A stretch of 63,813 bases of DNA, counting the filler, from Asterionella formosa (Eukaryota), in the NCBI GenBank assembly GCA_002256025.1. It is 2 parts of 2 records of this genome, joined end to end, with 100 filler letters (N's around TTAATTAATTAA, not from the genome) between each part and the next. Parts side by side here need not be neighbours in the genome. Positions count along the whole stretch, not along the records: positions 1 to 31,872 come from NKIB01000566.1; 1 more part is not named here. One strand, 5' to 3'. Positions 11,301 through 23,642 of this stretch are shown in pieces. Position numbers and translations under genes: made by a program. Numbering within the stretch: the first letter of the stretch is position 1; each line of letters begins with the position of its first letter. The notes beneath the pieces were generated by a model. The model did no database searches and had not been told where the DNA came from. It saw nothing but the letters and a program-made list of their open reading frames with translations.

Positions 11301-13340
11301 ATGAACTATTTGTGTTGGGCATGGAGATCCACTACTTGACTTGACTAATGGTTTCGCACTCTTGAGCTTGATAGTGGGCGAGCTGGAGTTGAAACCATAT
11401 ATGAATGTCTCAAATAAGGTCATATAGTAGCTGCAATGAAGATACAACAACGATTTCACACCCATCGCTGCGCACCAATGGACTTCGATTTCATGTTTGT
11501 CAGCATCAATGAATGCAACGACAACAACAACAAGATCGAGGATGCATGTGTACATACACTTTATTCATATGTATGTTATTTATATAGAACATCTTACTTA
11601 AGCTAGAATTATTTTGTACCAGTAGCTACGATGGCTACTACCTAATGTACTTTCATGATGCATCCAGCCATACTCAAACATTTGTATTTTCCGGGCTCTT
11701 TTTCCTATAGGTAGAACTTCTTCTTCGATTTTCACCGAAATTTCTGTTGAGCCTCTCAACAAATGGATATGGTACTTTATGTTACTCCTTTCTACTTTAG
11801 GAAAAATCGGCCATTGAGATACCCCTCAAGCACAATATAGCACGAGAAAACCAGCCAATAGCAATGTTAAATCAATCAGCTGATCGACAATGGAGGTGCT
11901 TCTGGTTGCATTGGTGAACTAGCTAATGAACAGGTAGAATGAAAACAAACTACAGTAGGAATTGATGATTAGATACTATTATATGTTTTGAGGCAATTTG
12001 ACGATCTGATGGATCTGTAGGCCATTTGCTGGGCGATTTGCATGCAATGGCATTTCCAAAAATTGATCTCCCAACAATCCATCTGCGAGTTGCAATTTAC
12101 CACACCTTCATCCTCCTCACATATCTCTCCATTGAAAAACCCATTTGTTGCTTCCTCTTTCCGTACTGCTCAGTTGATTGTAGCATTGCTTGAAATCTCC
12201 GCCAATTTGTTCCTTTTCTGATTGACAATGTCCGCCTTGCAGGATGTTTCTTGGAATTTCAATACGCCAGTGTTCTTGCAAGTCAAGAACCCGTTCCTTG
12301 TATTATTGTTATAGCTGCTTCTGCAAGAAAGAGGATGTACAAAAATGGAAACCTAGAGTGTGATTCTGGTGGAAAAATATTTGCTTCAATATCTGGTCTG
12401 CTGGTTGTCACTGTTAGGAGGTCATGTCAATGTTTGTTTGCAAGCAACATCATCAGGGAACTCAGGTACAATTCCTTCAACTCCAAGTGGCTGCCGAAAC
12501 CCAACAATCAACTGGTCTGATATTGTGAGACATAAAAAATACAAATGAGATGACAAGGTAAACAAGGTAGACAATGACGACAATTCAAGTGATGTTATTT
12601 ATGGTGAATGTTCTTGCATTCTTCCAGGAGTGCATAGTAGTATGTACTAACCAGCTTTGCTGTGGTTTTGTTCTCAGAGGGAGGACTAAGTGTAGTACAA
12701 AGGCTTCTATGTAAGAATATATGTGAGTGATGAATCTCCGAAATCATGAAATTACCATGATCTGTGCTTTCGACTTCTTCATCTCGTGGTGATTTGCTTA
12801 TACGATGAGGTGAAGAAGTTGAAATCTAAATGACAGTGGCTGATTGACCCCTAATTTCTTCGCATCAGGTTGATTGGCATCATGACACTATACTAATTTA
12901 GCTAAGAAAAAAAGACTGATTAGGATTCTTTTTACAGTGACTTTCAATTGCCCATGTTTGAAGCACAAAAGGTTGCATGTGTTGTGATATTAGTACTATT
13001 AACCCTAACCTCCACGAAACCACTTGAACGATTGAAAAATGTGATGATCATCTACCGTGATGTGTATACCGGTATGTATTAGTGCACATCCCGTTACGTA
13101 GATGACAGACCCTATCATTGCCGAACAGCGCCCCTGCCCCACCAGTGTTCTGACGCTAAGAAATTCTATCCTAATTCGGTCACTGGTAACTGCCAGTAAA
13201 CTAATTATTAGATAATAATCATACCAGGTACTGGTACTACCAGTGTAATAATTATAGCGGGTATGCATATACCTTTGTACACCGTACATGATACTCCGTT
13301 TCCTAGGAAAGGACGATTCCTTCCTTCTGCCTACCGGTAC

Positions 13341-15437
13341 ATGCCCATGATGGCCACTACCACCAGCAGCTGCAGCAGCACTCGCACTTGCACTAGCATG
13401 GACAAGTTTGAGCGCTTCGAAGCATGGTTGCGAGAGAATGGAGGACACTTCGAAATGGTACGGATAAATACAAGATCAAATGGACATGTTTGGAATCAGA
13501 ATTGAATGTCAGAATGGAAGGCAAACACTCAGTTCTCTGATTCACTCAACTGATACTCACTCATCTGATACACTCACCCTGATGATAGCTGGAATTGAGA
13601 GAATACGACACGCCGAAAGGAGCCACCGGGACGGACAACCATCACAATCATGATCAGGCCATGCAGGCAGTGATCAATGAGGAGAAAAAGGCGGACGCGG
13701 CCTGCGACGACGACGACGACTGCAGCAGCAACAAAGAGTCCGAGATGAGAGGAGTGCATGCCAGATTCCCCATTGGACCGAATCAGATATGCATGGCCAT
13801 TCCTCGCAAATGCCTCATCACGGTAGAAATGGGACAAGCCACGCCCTTGGGAGCGGCCATTTTGCAATCAGAATTGGATTTGGATGCTCCCAAGCACATT
13901 TTCCTCATGATTTACCTTTTGTGGGATCGAAAGACCAACGGAGCAAGCAGCTTCTTTCATCCATACTACGAAATCTTGCCCAAGACGCTTTCCAATATGC
14001 CCATTTTCTGGAATCAAGACGAGCGGAACGCGCTGCAGGGGTCCTTTTTATTGCAGCAAATCGATGACCGCAACGAGGCCATTGCCGAAGACTATCATAC
14101 CATTGCCATTACCTGTCCACAGCTGCTGGACCTGTGCACCCTGGACGAATTCAAATGGGCACGCATGTGTGTATGCAGTAGGAACTTTGGATTGCAGATT
14201 GATGGACACCGGACTTCGGCACTGGTCCCGCATGCTGACATGTTGAATCACTATAGGCCTAGAGAAACTAAGTGGACCTTTGATGAAGAAAGACAAGCGT
14301 TTACTATTACGAGGTACGAAAGATGCTTGGTTTTTATTTGACTTTTCCTCTTGTGTTTCGCAATGAATACACATTACCAACTCACTACGTTATCACATTA
14401 CATTTTATTACATCATTTTTTTATTTCATGTTGCACAACACGACGTTAGCCTTCAACCCATTCCAGCTGGAGCTCAAGTGTATGATTCCTACGGACAAAA
14501 ATGCAACCATCGCTTCCTATTGAATTATGGTTTTGCTGTTGAAGATAATCGGGAACTGGACGGATTTTGTCCAAATGAAGTACCCTTGGAAGTTGGAGTG
14601 CAACTCAATGACCCATTGTACTTGGCGAAAATGGAATTCTGGACTCGTGGGGAATCATCCTTGGCAGCACATGCAATTGCCATTTCTTCGGCGTCATCAT
14701 CATTGTCCATCCGAACACCATACTACATTGCGTCAACACCAGAAGCATCAGCACCGCCATTTGGACATTATTCATCGCCATCTCCCATGAAACGAGTACG
14801 AGTGTGTGTTTCCAATAATGAAAATACAAGACTTTTGTTTTCGCTATTGCGTGCGCTGGCATGCAATGAACAAGAGTTGGCATCCATTACAAATAATGCA
14901 AGTCCAGAATATCAGTCAAGATTCCCGAACGACGGGAGATCGGCACCATTTTATCGATCCTGTAGGGACATTCGCCATCCAATATCCATAAGGAATGAAC
15001 GTGAGGCCATGACACTACTGATGGAATTGATTGCTCGAGTGCTGGAGGGATATCCCACTACGTTGGCTCAAGATGTGATGGACTTGCAAGACGAGGCCTT
15101 GTTGCCAAGATTTAGCAACAAACGACACGCCAAAATTCAAGTAAGGGGGGAAAAGGAAGTATTGCATCATTTTCTACGCTGGGCGCGGACAGCATTGGAA
15201 GTGATGAATGTAATTGATGAAGAATTGAAAGTGGAACGTGGTGATTACATTTTTGATGAAGGGAGGGCATCATTTGATTATCTCATTCGAGAAATGGAAC
15301 AGGAGGATCATCGAAGTGGTGGTGGTGGGGGAAATAGTGCGTTGCACCATACTATTGTTAGATACTGTGTTGATGTGTTGGGGTCGCTGCGACGTGAAGA
15401 ATTAAAGGCGTTGAAAAGAAAGTTGGCTGCATATTGA
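13341..15437 (+). CDS. SET-domain protein methyltransferase, SETD3/Rubisco LSMT-like (exons 13341-13457, 13589-14313, 14450-15437)
   Basis: FEAWLRENG, RGVHA, IPRKCLIT, PYYEILP, FKWA..VCSRNF, LVPHADMLNH, YDSYG..N.RFLLNYGF, YPTTL; two GT-AG introns keep frame; alternative start 13398. Confidence 0.9.
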
Positions 15438-15735
15438 AATAGCGTGTAAAGAGACGATATAGGAACGCATAAAGGAATGAATGGTCGGGTGGGTTTGTTT
15501 TCGAAAAAAGGCGAGCTTGATTGGGATCGAGGGGGTACAGAACATGGAGTAGCTAGCCGACGAAGTGTAACAATATAGGCCGTTCGTATGGATCTGGTAT
15601 GCGACAAGATATAATGGAAGGTATTTCGCAATAATACAAGAAATATACTGTTAGCACAGCACAGCATATCACACCGTACTGTACTACCGGTATACTCAAA
15701 ATAGTCCCATCACCCATCATTTGCCTAATAATATA

Positions 15736-16575
15736 CTAGTCTACTGGATTAAATTGAAAGACAAAGCACCCTGCTTGCAAGTCATTCGTTCCATCTCGAA
15801 GCCAAGTCCAATTGGAAAATAAGCTTTGCCGGATCTGCGAGGGAATAACTCCTGATACACTCAAAAGGATGCCGCCTGGGACAATGCACCGTTCCAATTC
15901 TTTGACAGCTGCTTCTACATGACCATCGCCTGATAAATAAATAGCATCCAATGTTCCCTTTTCCAAAATGGCATCATATCGGCATGTCCATTCCATGGGC
16001 AAATGCCTTGCATCCAATTGTATCACATCCACAGTATTCATCATTGCTGGCTCGTACCATAACAAATCCCGTTGTCGGTCAATGGCATATTGAGAATAAT
16101 CAAATCCTGTCAAATGAAGATATCCAGATTTCCATAAATTTACTAGTAGTGGATCATTCCCTATTCCAGGACAAAGGATTTGTGCTGCTTTATTAGGAAC
16201 ATGTCGAACCCAATGTACCTTGATGGAATCATCCCATCCATAATACCAAGAATATTCCTCCATGGGAAAATCCCCTCTCCCCGAGTACACATCATCCCAA
16301 TATTGACGTCTCCCAAAGGCTGATCTTGCGTCATTGTCGTCATCGTTGCTGTCGTTGGAAGAAAGAGTACCGGTTGTATTCGCATTAGTACAACTGCCAA
16401 CAGACGTACGACAAGTAGTTGTAGTACTTCTTCTGGTACTACTTCTTGGAGGAGTCTGGAACAGTGGAAAGGCCCAAGTTGTATTGTTGATTATTAATAG
16501 TAATAGTAATAACAATGATTGTAGTAGACATTGTGAAGGAACAACACTGGGGAAGAAATGGTCATGTCTTGTCAT
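15736..16575 (-). CDS. Class I SAM-dependent methyltransferase (EEF1AKMT4/METTL13 N-terminal-like), probable plastid presequence
   Basis: FG..QYWDDVY, YSWY, ILCPGIGN, FDYS, LDAR, YDAILEKGTLDA, PGG; hydrophobic signal ending TWA-FPL then S/T/R-rich stretch. Confidence 0.85.
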   Translation of the reverse strand: MTRHDHFFPSVVPSQCLLQSLLLLLLLIINNTTWAFPLFQTPPRSSTRRSTTTTCRTSVGSCTNANTTGTLSSNDSNDDDNDARSAFGRRQYWDDVYSGRGDFPMEEYSWYYGWDDSIKVHWVRHVPNKAAQILCPGIGNDPLLVNLWKSGYLHLTGFDYSQYAIDRQRDLLWYEPAMMNTVDVIQLDARHLPMEWTCRYDAILEKGTLDAIYLSGDGHVEAAVKELERCIVPGGILLSVSGVIPSQIRQSLFSNWTWLRDGTNDLQAGCFVFQFNPVD

Positions 16576-17113
16576 CTTGATTATTTGTTTCATCAGACGA
16601 CACACGCAGCCATCAGCCAATCCTTTTATTTTTATATATATTTGGTTCTATTTATGATTAATTTTATGAAGCAACAAAGCAGGCGGTGCGAGTTGTAATT
16701 CTGGAGTGTCCTGCGATGATGCCCTGACGACATGAACATAATGGTCCTATCTACCGGTATTCATGACACATCATTTTGGGCTAAAAGAAAAAAAGCAAAT
16801 AAAAATAGCTAAAAAATGATCATGAGCTGCATAGTACCTGGTGCTACTATAGTCTACATAGACAGTAAAGTATATTACCGGTACATACGGCTTATTACAT
16901 GTACCGGATGGAACAAGGAATCTTGTACGTACGTATGCTGATACCAGAAAAGCACATGTGTACGAGTATCTACATGACCTAAATCTGTACATAGCTAGCT
17001 ACCTGTACTTGGTCCACCAACAATTGTGATCATAGCTACGGGTAGTAAAGAAAAAAAATCACTTTTTTAAAAATAGGTATAAATAAAACCACAATCAATA
17101 CAACTGCAACATC

Positions 17114-17803
17114 ATGTCAGGATCATCAGGAGCCTCAACCGCTTCGTCAGTCACTACCGGCACGCCTTCGCCCAAGAACACTTTTATCAAACTGTCCATG
17201 GAAGAACTCATAGCTCAAAAGCTGGCACAAGACCGGCCGACGATGGATGCTGCCATTAAATCATTTCTTAGTTTGGCCCTTGCCAGGACCAATAATGGCT
17301 CTGCTACCGGTATCACTCCTGCAACTCTCATGGCATGTGCCAAAACGCTCCTTCATGCCATCAATACCTATACATTTAGTGTCAAGGACGATGCAGCTAC
17401 TACTACCAGTACATCCTTGGAACATGACACAATTGCAACTCTTTGGAATGGATTAGTAGAAAGCAATCAGAAACCTAGTCGTTTCTTGGGACGACTGGCA
17501 TTGTTGGAATGCTGGAAGGACATATTGGTCCACACTGTTCATCCCAATGCTGCAGATTATGATTCATCTGTGCTTTTTTTCGAAGAATTTGGGACCTTGT
17601 TACTTCAATACTCAAAGGATACGGCTCATGTTCCTGATGAGGATAGTGATGCACACTTAATTTGGGGAGATGCCAATGCCGAACTTGAACGCCGTCGTAC
17701 CAGACGAGCGAAACGAGCAGAAGCCAACAAAGACCAAGAGCGAGCAAGTAAAGTCGTAACTACACTAGAAGGAGGGGAAGTTGAAATGCCGAAAGGAGAA
17801 TAA
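17114..17803 (+). CDS. Hypothetical protein (229 aa)
   Basis: ATG-started ORF with globular-looking composition between known genes. Confidence 0.7.
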   Translation: MSGSSGASTASSVTTGTPSPKNTFIKLSMEELIAQKLAQDRPTMDAAIKSFLSLALARTNNGSATGITPATLMACAKTLLHAINTYTFSVKDDAATTTSTSLEHDTIATLWNGLVESNQKPSRFLGRLALLECWKDILVHTVHPNAADYDSSVLFFEEFGTLLLQYSKDTAHVPDEDSDAHLIWGDANAELERRRTRRAKRAEANKDQERASKVVTTLEGGEVEMPKGE

Positions 17804-17999
17804 CAAATGTATATAAGTAAATAGGCAACTGCAAACAACTTATGATAGCAAAATCCATTGCTCATTGAAAAATATATAGATAATGTATGAATTGATCGCC
17901 TCGTTTCGTTTTTCTTCTCTCTTGTAGTCGTTCAAGTGGAAACTCTCATTTTCGATCTTTTGGAAAATATCTGACGACTTAATGCAACACAATATAAAT

Positions 18000-20475
18000 T
18001 TACTGCTTCACTTCATTCTGTGTTGCATCCAAAAATGCAAACCGCTCTTGGCGAATCTTGCGCCACTGTTTCTTGGACGCCTTGACATCCTTGCGAAGAC
18101 TCTCCTCCTCAAGGCGTTCCTTCTTGTTGGGGTCCATAATGGCTTCAAACGCTTCGGCAGGAGCAGCAAGGAAGGAATCCCAAAGAGACGTTTCGGCCTC
18201 CTTCTTCTCAGTCGACTTTTGGCTCTCTGTAAATAACAAAATTGTGTGAGACAAATAAATACAAACTCAAAAATAAATTTGGGCGTATTATTTCAAAAAC
18301 GTACCAGCCTTGTTGAGCTCCATTGCCACTTCATCCGCTTCCCTTGTCTTGCCAAGCTTTCGCAAAACCTTTTCATAATACTTTTGCAGAATAAGTGTCT
18401 CGTGATGACCAGGGCCAAGATCAGGCGATTCGCATCGCAACTTGATCAACTGTTTCAACGTTACTTCGGCCCAAACATCTAACCCATGCTTCATGAACAA
18501 ACCAGTCTCGGCAAAGTAATCCAAAATATACTTCTCTTGATACCACTCCAAGCTGTCTAGTGGCGTGTCGGCAACGGCCTCTTCCGCCATGACAATGAGT
18601 TCCGCCATGGTCTTGCGGTCCAAACCTTCCAAGGCATCGTAGGGATCACCAAAGGAATCTGTAGAGTACTCCAGACAGTGACGGTAGTGTCGGAATCCGT
18701 CAACTCCACATACAGTCCACATGGGCCAAAGATGGATCTGAATTTCACAAATATGGTCCTTCAACTCCAGGTTAATCTTGCAATCACGGTATCCACCAGC
18801 CATAGACTTGTGATCTGACTTTAAGGAGGATAACTTGACACGACGAATCAAGGGGCCAAATGAATCGCGCGCCAATTCCAAGAGCGCCAACAAGGACGGA
18901 AAGTCCTTGACGACAAGCAATGCACGGCAATAGTCCGTCACCTTGAGCAAATCGCCTTCGTACTTCTTCTCAGCCTTTTTGATGGCAGCAGCAGCATCCT
19001 TAATTGGACCCACTCCGACCTCTTCCATTCCAAGAGATCCAGCCAAAGCCTTACAAATCTCGACAAGCGATGGCAAGGCCGCTTCCGCCTGTTTCACCAC
19101 AGCTGCCGCTACTTGCGACTTGGTCATTTGAGCGTATTCCGGAAAGTCCTTTTGAATTACTTGCTTGCTCGAAGGATCATATCCAGAAGCGTCCCCAGGA
19201 TCATTCAATCCCGTCATGGAATTAAGGTACGGATATACAGGATCCAACTGCATCTTGCGGAAGACTTCATCATATTTGCGCTTGTCACGAAGGAGAGAAC
19301 AAATCATGCGGTAGAAATCCCAACTATCCTTAATGACAGCACGTCGTTTGGCAATTGCCTCAAGGGCTTCAGCATCGTATTCTTCACCAGTCGCAGCTTG
19401 GTGTTCGACAGAATAGTAAATGCCCCCGGCGCCGCCCTTGGACTTTTGATCAGGAATAGTGCCTGATCGGACAAGCTGATTGGAATAGTTGGCCAAATTG
19501 AGATAGGCTTCTTCAATTTTGTCACGCTGGCCATCATTCAGGCTTTCCTTGCCCCAATTGAGGGAAACCTGTTGTGTGGACACCTTTGCGAATAATGGGA
19601 AAATGAGAAAATGGTTAATTCACGTTTGCCACAAAAGGATGAAATCAAGAGACAAGGGAGTAACAACAAGTGTACCCACTTACCTTTTGGCCACTAGCCT
19701 TGGCCATGGCTTTGACAGCCTTTGATTTGCCTTTGTGTCCCAACATCATATCCATCGTTTCCAACCAGGCAATGGCACTTCGCTGTTCACACGCCACCAG
19801 CGTGGTCTTGGTCCCATCAATGCCAGTAAGGACAATCCCACGTCGGGATGGGTCATCGCTGGGGGCGGCAGCTGCCACCACCATGGAAGTGAGCAGCGTG
19901 TCCATGTTGGTGTTGGAATGCGGATTTGACATGAGTGTCACAGTATGGGTAGAAGTATCTAGTTTGTAAATCAAAATTCCTTCCGGAACGCGTTGGTAGC
20001 GTTGTTCCTTGCGCTTCTCTCGCTCCTTCTCTTTTCTAGACAACTTTTGTGCTTGACGAGCGGTAAGAGCCTCCTGCTCGGCAGCACTGAGGACAGCATC
20101 ATTATTCCTGCAGCACCCCCAACCAAAAGGTTTCTTCACCTTTTGTAACGCCGAGGCATTCGTCGTGGGCTCTGCGGTAGCATCCGACTTGTCCTCGTCA
20201 AGGCCGGGCGTCGACGCTTGCAGTTCAATAGCATTCTTGCCCTGACCTTCGACAGGAGGGTATGAGTAGGCAGGGTCCACAAATGCAGCTTCGAGGATGG
20301 TGCCGTTTACCAAAGCGATTGGTTCAGGTTCTTTCTCGACAGCAGGCGCGGCCTCTTCTTCAACAGGCGCAGGATCTACTTGCTCCTCGGGTGCATCTTC
20401 TTTTGCGACAGCCTCCTCAACAGGATTTTCCGGCGTTGTTGTCTCACGAGAAGATTCAAGAGCTATTGCTGTCAT
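18000..20475 (-). CDS. PH domain + RelA/SpoT-like nucleotidyltransferase + TPR-like protein (exons 20475-19684, 19583-18305, 18226-18000)
   Basis: GT-AG introns 19584-19683 and 18227-18304 join three ORFs in frame; PH-like TTLVACEQRSAIAWLETM; GPIK...KK..KYEGD...TDYCRA, GGYRD, HICEIQ; LGPGHHETL...LGKTREA. Confidence 0.8.
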
Positions 20476-21099
20476 GATTGCTGTGGTTGTTTGTCCTTTA
20501 ATACCTAGAATACCTATAGAAAAGGCCAGACAAACAGTAACAGCAAGAAAATATTATGTCAGATCTGCAAATGTGATAGGTTTTTTCGAGCACGTCCGGT
20601 ACATTCAGCGGGCACTCTGCATCAAGTTGATGTTCTCGAACAACCAACGACCGGTAATTGGAAACACACATCTACCGTATGACAATAGTGTACCGGTAGA
20701 CTAATTCCTTACCAATGTAATCTATAGCTACAATACTAGAGAATGAGCTGAAGCAATGTTAGGGAACGAGCACCTAACGGATGAAAGATGACGCTGTGGA
20801 GCAGGTTTGATTGTGCAGATCTCGTGTTTCTCACAAGCTTTGGCGAAAATTCCAACGGACTATCTATTTTTATGGAGACTCAAATTCCAATGATTAAACA
20901 TATTTGTATGCATTCATAAACAGATTGTTACTTTTCACTGGACTCCGAATGACCGGCTCGCGTGCACAAATGCGTTGGGCGGAGAGGCTGGATGATGACA
21001 AGATTTCTCGCGGACATGGGAATTTCGCAGTCGTGACAGACAAGCGGACCCCCCCCCCACCTGGTACCAGTACCAGGGTACCTGGTACCTGAAGAATGC

Positions 21100-21540
21100 G
21101 AATTCTTATTGGACCTACCCCTCATTTCAATAAATCATGTATTGCTTCCTCAGCCTCCACTCATCATATTCGATTCTTCCAATTCCTGGACTCTTCCTTC
21201 AAAAAAATTTCCACTTTGGCCTTGCAGTTTTCATATTTGCTTTCCATTTCTTGATTGCTGGCCTTCCACTCTGATCTCCATTCCCTACACTGTTCTAAAC
21301 ATGATTCCAAGACCCTAGCTAAGAGCCTCATTATGGGCTCTTTGCCCTTGCTCACCATCTCTATGGTTGTTTTACCTCCAAACTGCAACCCCTAAGAGTC
21401 CCTCAATGGACACCCCCTCACTCATCATTCCTTTGGGGCCCATTTGGGCCCCAGTGCAACTTTGCGAACTCCATTAAATTCGAGTTTCACTAAAAGCATA
21501 CTATAAAGTTTTCTTATTCCACTTTATATTATTTAATAGA
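21100..21540 (+). mobile_element. Probable 5'-truncated retroposon (LINE-like) 3' end
   Basis: C/T-rich strand like the LINE at 39-44 kb, ending in hairpin TGGGGCCCA-TT-TGGGCCCCA and a tail similar to the SINE at 25325; left boundary approximate. Confidence 0.5.
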
Positions 21541-21559
21541 AAATGGTTAGAAATTATTA

Positions 21560-22500
21560 CCTCATCATTTTCCATACTTTCTCCAATTCCTTGTGTCAAC
21601 TGATGTTGATTTATTGTGCAAACACATAAATCACTCTTCTATCAGCACAATTTCATTCTTATTGTCCTCTTCAGCTGAGGTTGCTTGTCGCAGTATAGCT
21701 CCGGCAACTGGGACTGGGGCATCACCTCTAGTGTTTGTTGCATCTAATGGCAGCACATTGCCAATTCACTTGAAGAACCATGACACCTTTGTTTTTGTTT
21801 GCACCATCATTCATTCATGTGACTGTTTGTTAAGCACTCTGACTGCTTGCACTTTTTTAATGTTTTTGTGTAATCCATGACTTTCATTTTTGCTTTCTCA
21901 ATCTTCTTCTCCTTGCTTCTTGATTTCCTCCTAGTCATATTTTCCAGTGCTTCCAATCCCAGTTTAAAGCGCCCAGCCACCACATGAAGTCCTGCCACAT
22001 CCCTTTAATTTTGGCGCAATCACCAATAGCGCTGACTCCTTTTGTTGGCAAGAAATCTGCTGATCAAGGTTGATGTCATTCCTTGAATCCTTGCTGTTCC
22101 TGCATTCAATAACTTTGTCCAGAAGGGTGCTGGTGTGATGGTCAAGATAACAGCATTCAATTCTGTCTGGGTTGCTGAAACTTCTGTCAGTTGTATTTCA
22201 TCATGAAGAAGTGTGTTGACATTCAATGGTCCCCATCCCTTTTTGACAATTGCTTTGATTTTGGGGTCTACTCGGGCAAATGATACTTCCCATCAGGCAC
22301 GAGATCCCAGGTCAACAATGTCGCGATTCTTAATTGCAAACTCAGCTTGGCATCCTTCTTTATATCAAGGGACAAAGTGCATGCCACTGGAAGACTCATA
22401 AACATCTTGTTGTCAATGCATTGACCATGTTGGTAACCTCAAATGTATCCATCAAAATTGTATATGAGCCATTGTGCCTTTGAGGTCCAATAAAATGCAG
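21560..22500 (-). mobile_element. Decayed pogo/Tc1-like DDE transposase, C-terminal part
   Basis: Broken frame reads DIVDLGSRA*WEVSFARV...KAIVKKGWGPLNVNTLLHDEI then AGLHVVAGRFKLG and a K/E-rich tail; many stops and frameshifts. Confidence 0.6.
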
Positions 22501-22717
22501 AATGAATGATACACAGGGTTGTTTGCTATCCATATGCATGTGACACTAACTAAACAAGTACCATTGTCTAGCATTGTTAGACCCTAGGCTAGACCATACG
22601 ACTGCTGAATACTCTGAAGTGATGAGGTAAAGGTGTATAAGGACTACACATTTTCCAGACTCGTTGATGTCTTGACCTACACACAGCTTCTTCCAGAACA
22701 AAAAACCAAGAATTTAT

Positions 22718-23642
22718 TTACATCATGGTGTAAAGTTTGATGGCAAATTGCGCCAAAATGGAAAGAATCAACATCACTCCCAGAACCACGGGACCGACAG
22801 TGTCTTCGTAAGGACCAGGTGACTTTTGACGAATCATGGCCGATCGACGAGCGTACTGGTACATGGAATAACAAATAAATGCGATAGCCACAGGGAGCAA
22901 AAGGACGCCATACAGTTGGGACCAGGGATTGGAATCAGCAAAGGCCACAATCGCCACCGAAGCTCCCGCCAACAGAATCGATGCATGCAACCATGCGAGA
23001 AAGGTACGTTCATTGGCAAAAAAGACTTTCGGTTCCACCTTGACGGGCGCCTTGCGTTCTCGTGACAGCGTTCCCACCGCCCCATATGCACGATTACTCG
23101 GTGGAGACGCAGAGGAACCAAACAGTTTCTGAAAGAAAGTGGGTTGCGGAGTAGCCGATCGAGAATGCGAGCTCGCTGGTCTTGGCTGAAGAAGTTTGAG
23201 GCAACATCATGGTAGTGCGGGATACGCAAGGCAAGAAGTGAGTCAGTGTTCTTGTAGCATGACTATGTTTTGTTTCTGAAATTGATTCTGATACCATTTG
23301 CGACAATTAATTCGCAACAGATGAACGAATCTTGATCGAATCTCCCAATGGAAAACATTCGAGATTCCAGTTCCATAACAAAACGTCGTGAGGCTATTTA
23401 CAAGGGACGGAACTCACTTTGATTCCAACGGGTCGAGCGGCAAATTCAGCTTCGGAAGAGCCTTGTGGAAGTGTTTCAACTACAGCAAGGCCATCCTCAT
23501 CGCGAACGGACGAATGGACTCCTCCTTCAGTTGATTCGCTCTTGAGGAAATAGTAACTAGATCCATTTCCACTTGCATTTGAGGGAAGCAACGACGTTGT
23601 TTCGTCGGTTTTCGAGGGAGAGCCAAAGCCAAAGCCAAACAT
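22718..23642 (-). CDS. VTC1: Vacuolar transporter chaperone 1-like protein (DUF202), polyphosphate synthesis complex (exons 23642-23418, 23185-22718)
   Basis: KVEPKVFFANERTFLAWLH plus three TM helices and YEDTVGP; intron 23186-23417 GT-AG in frame. Confidence 0.9.
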
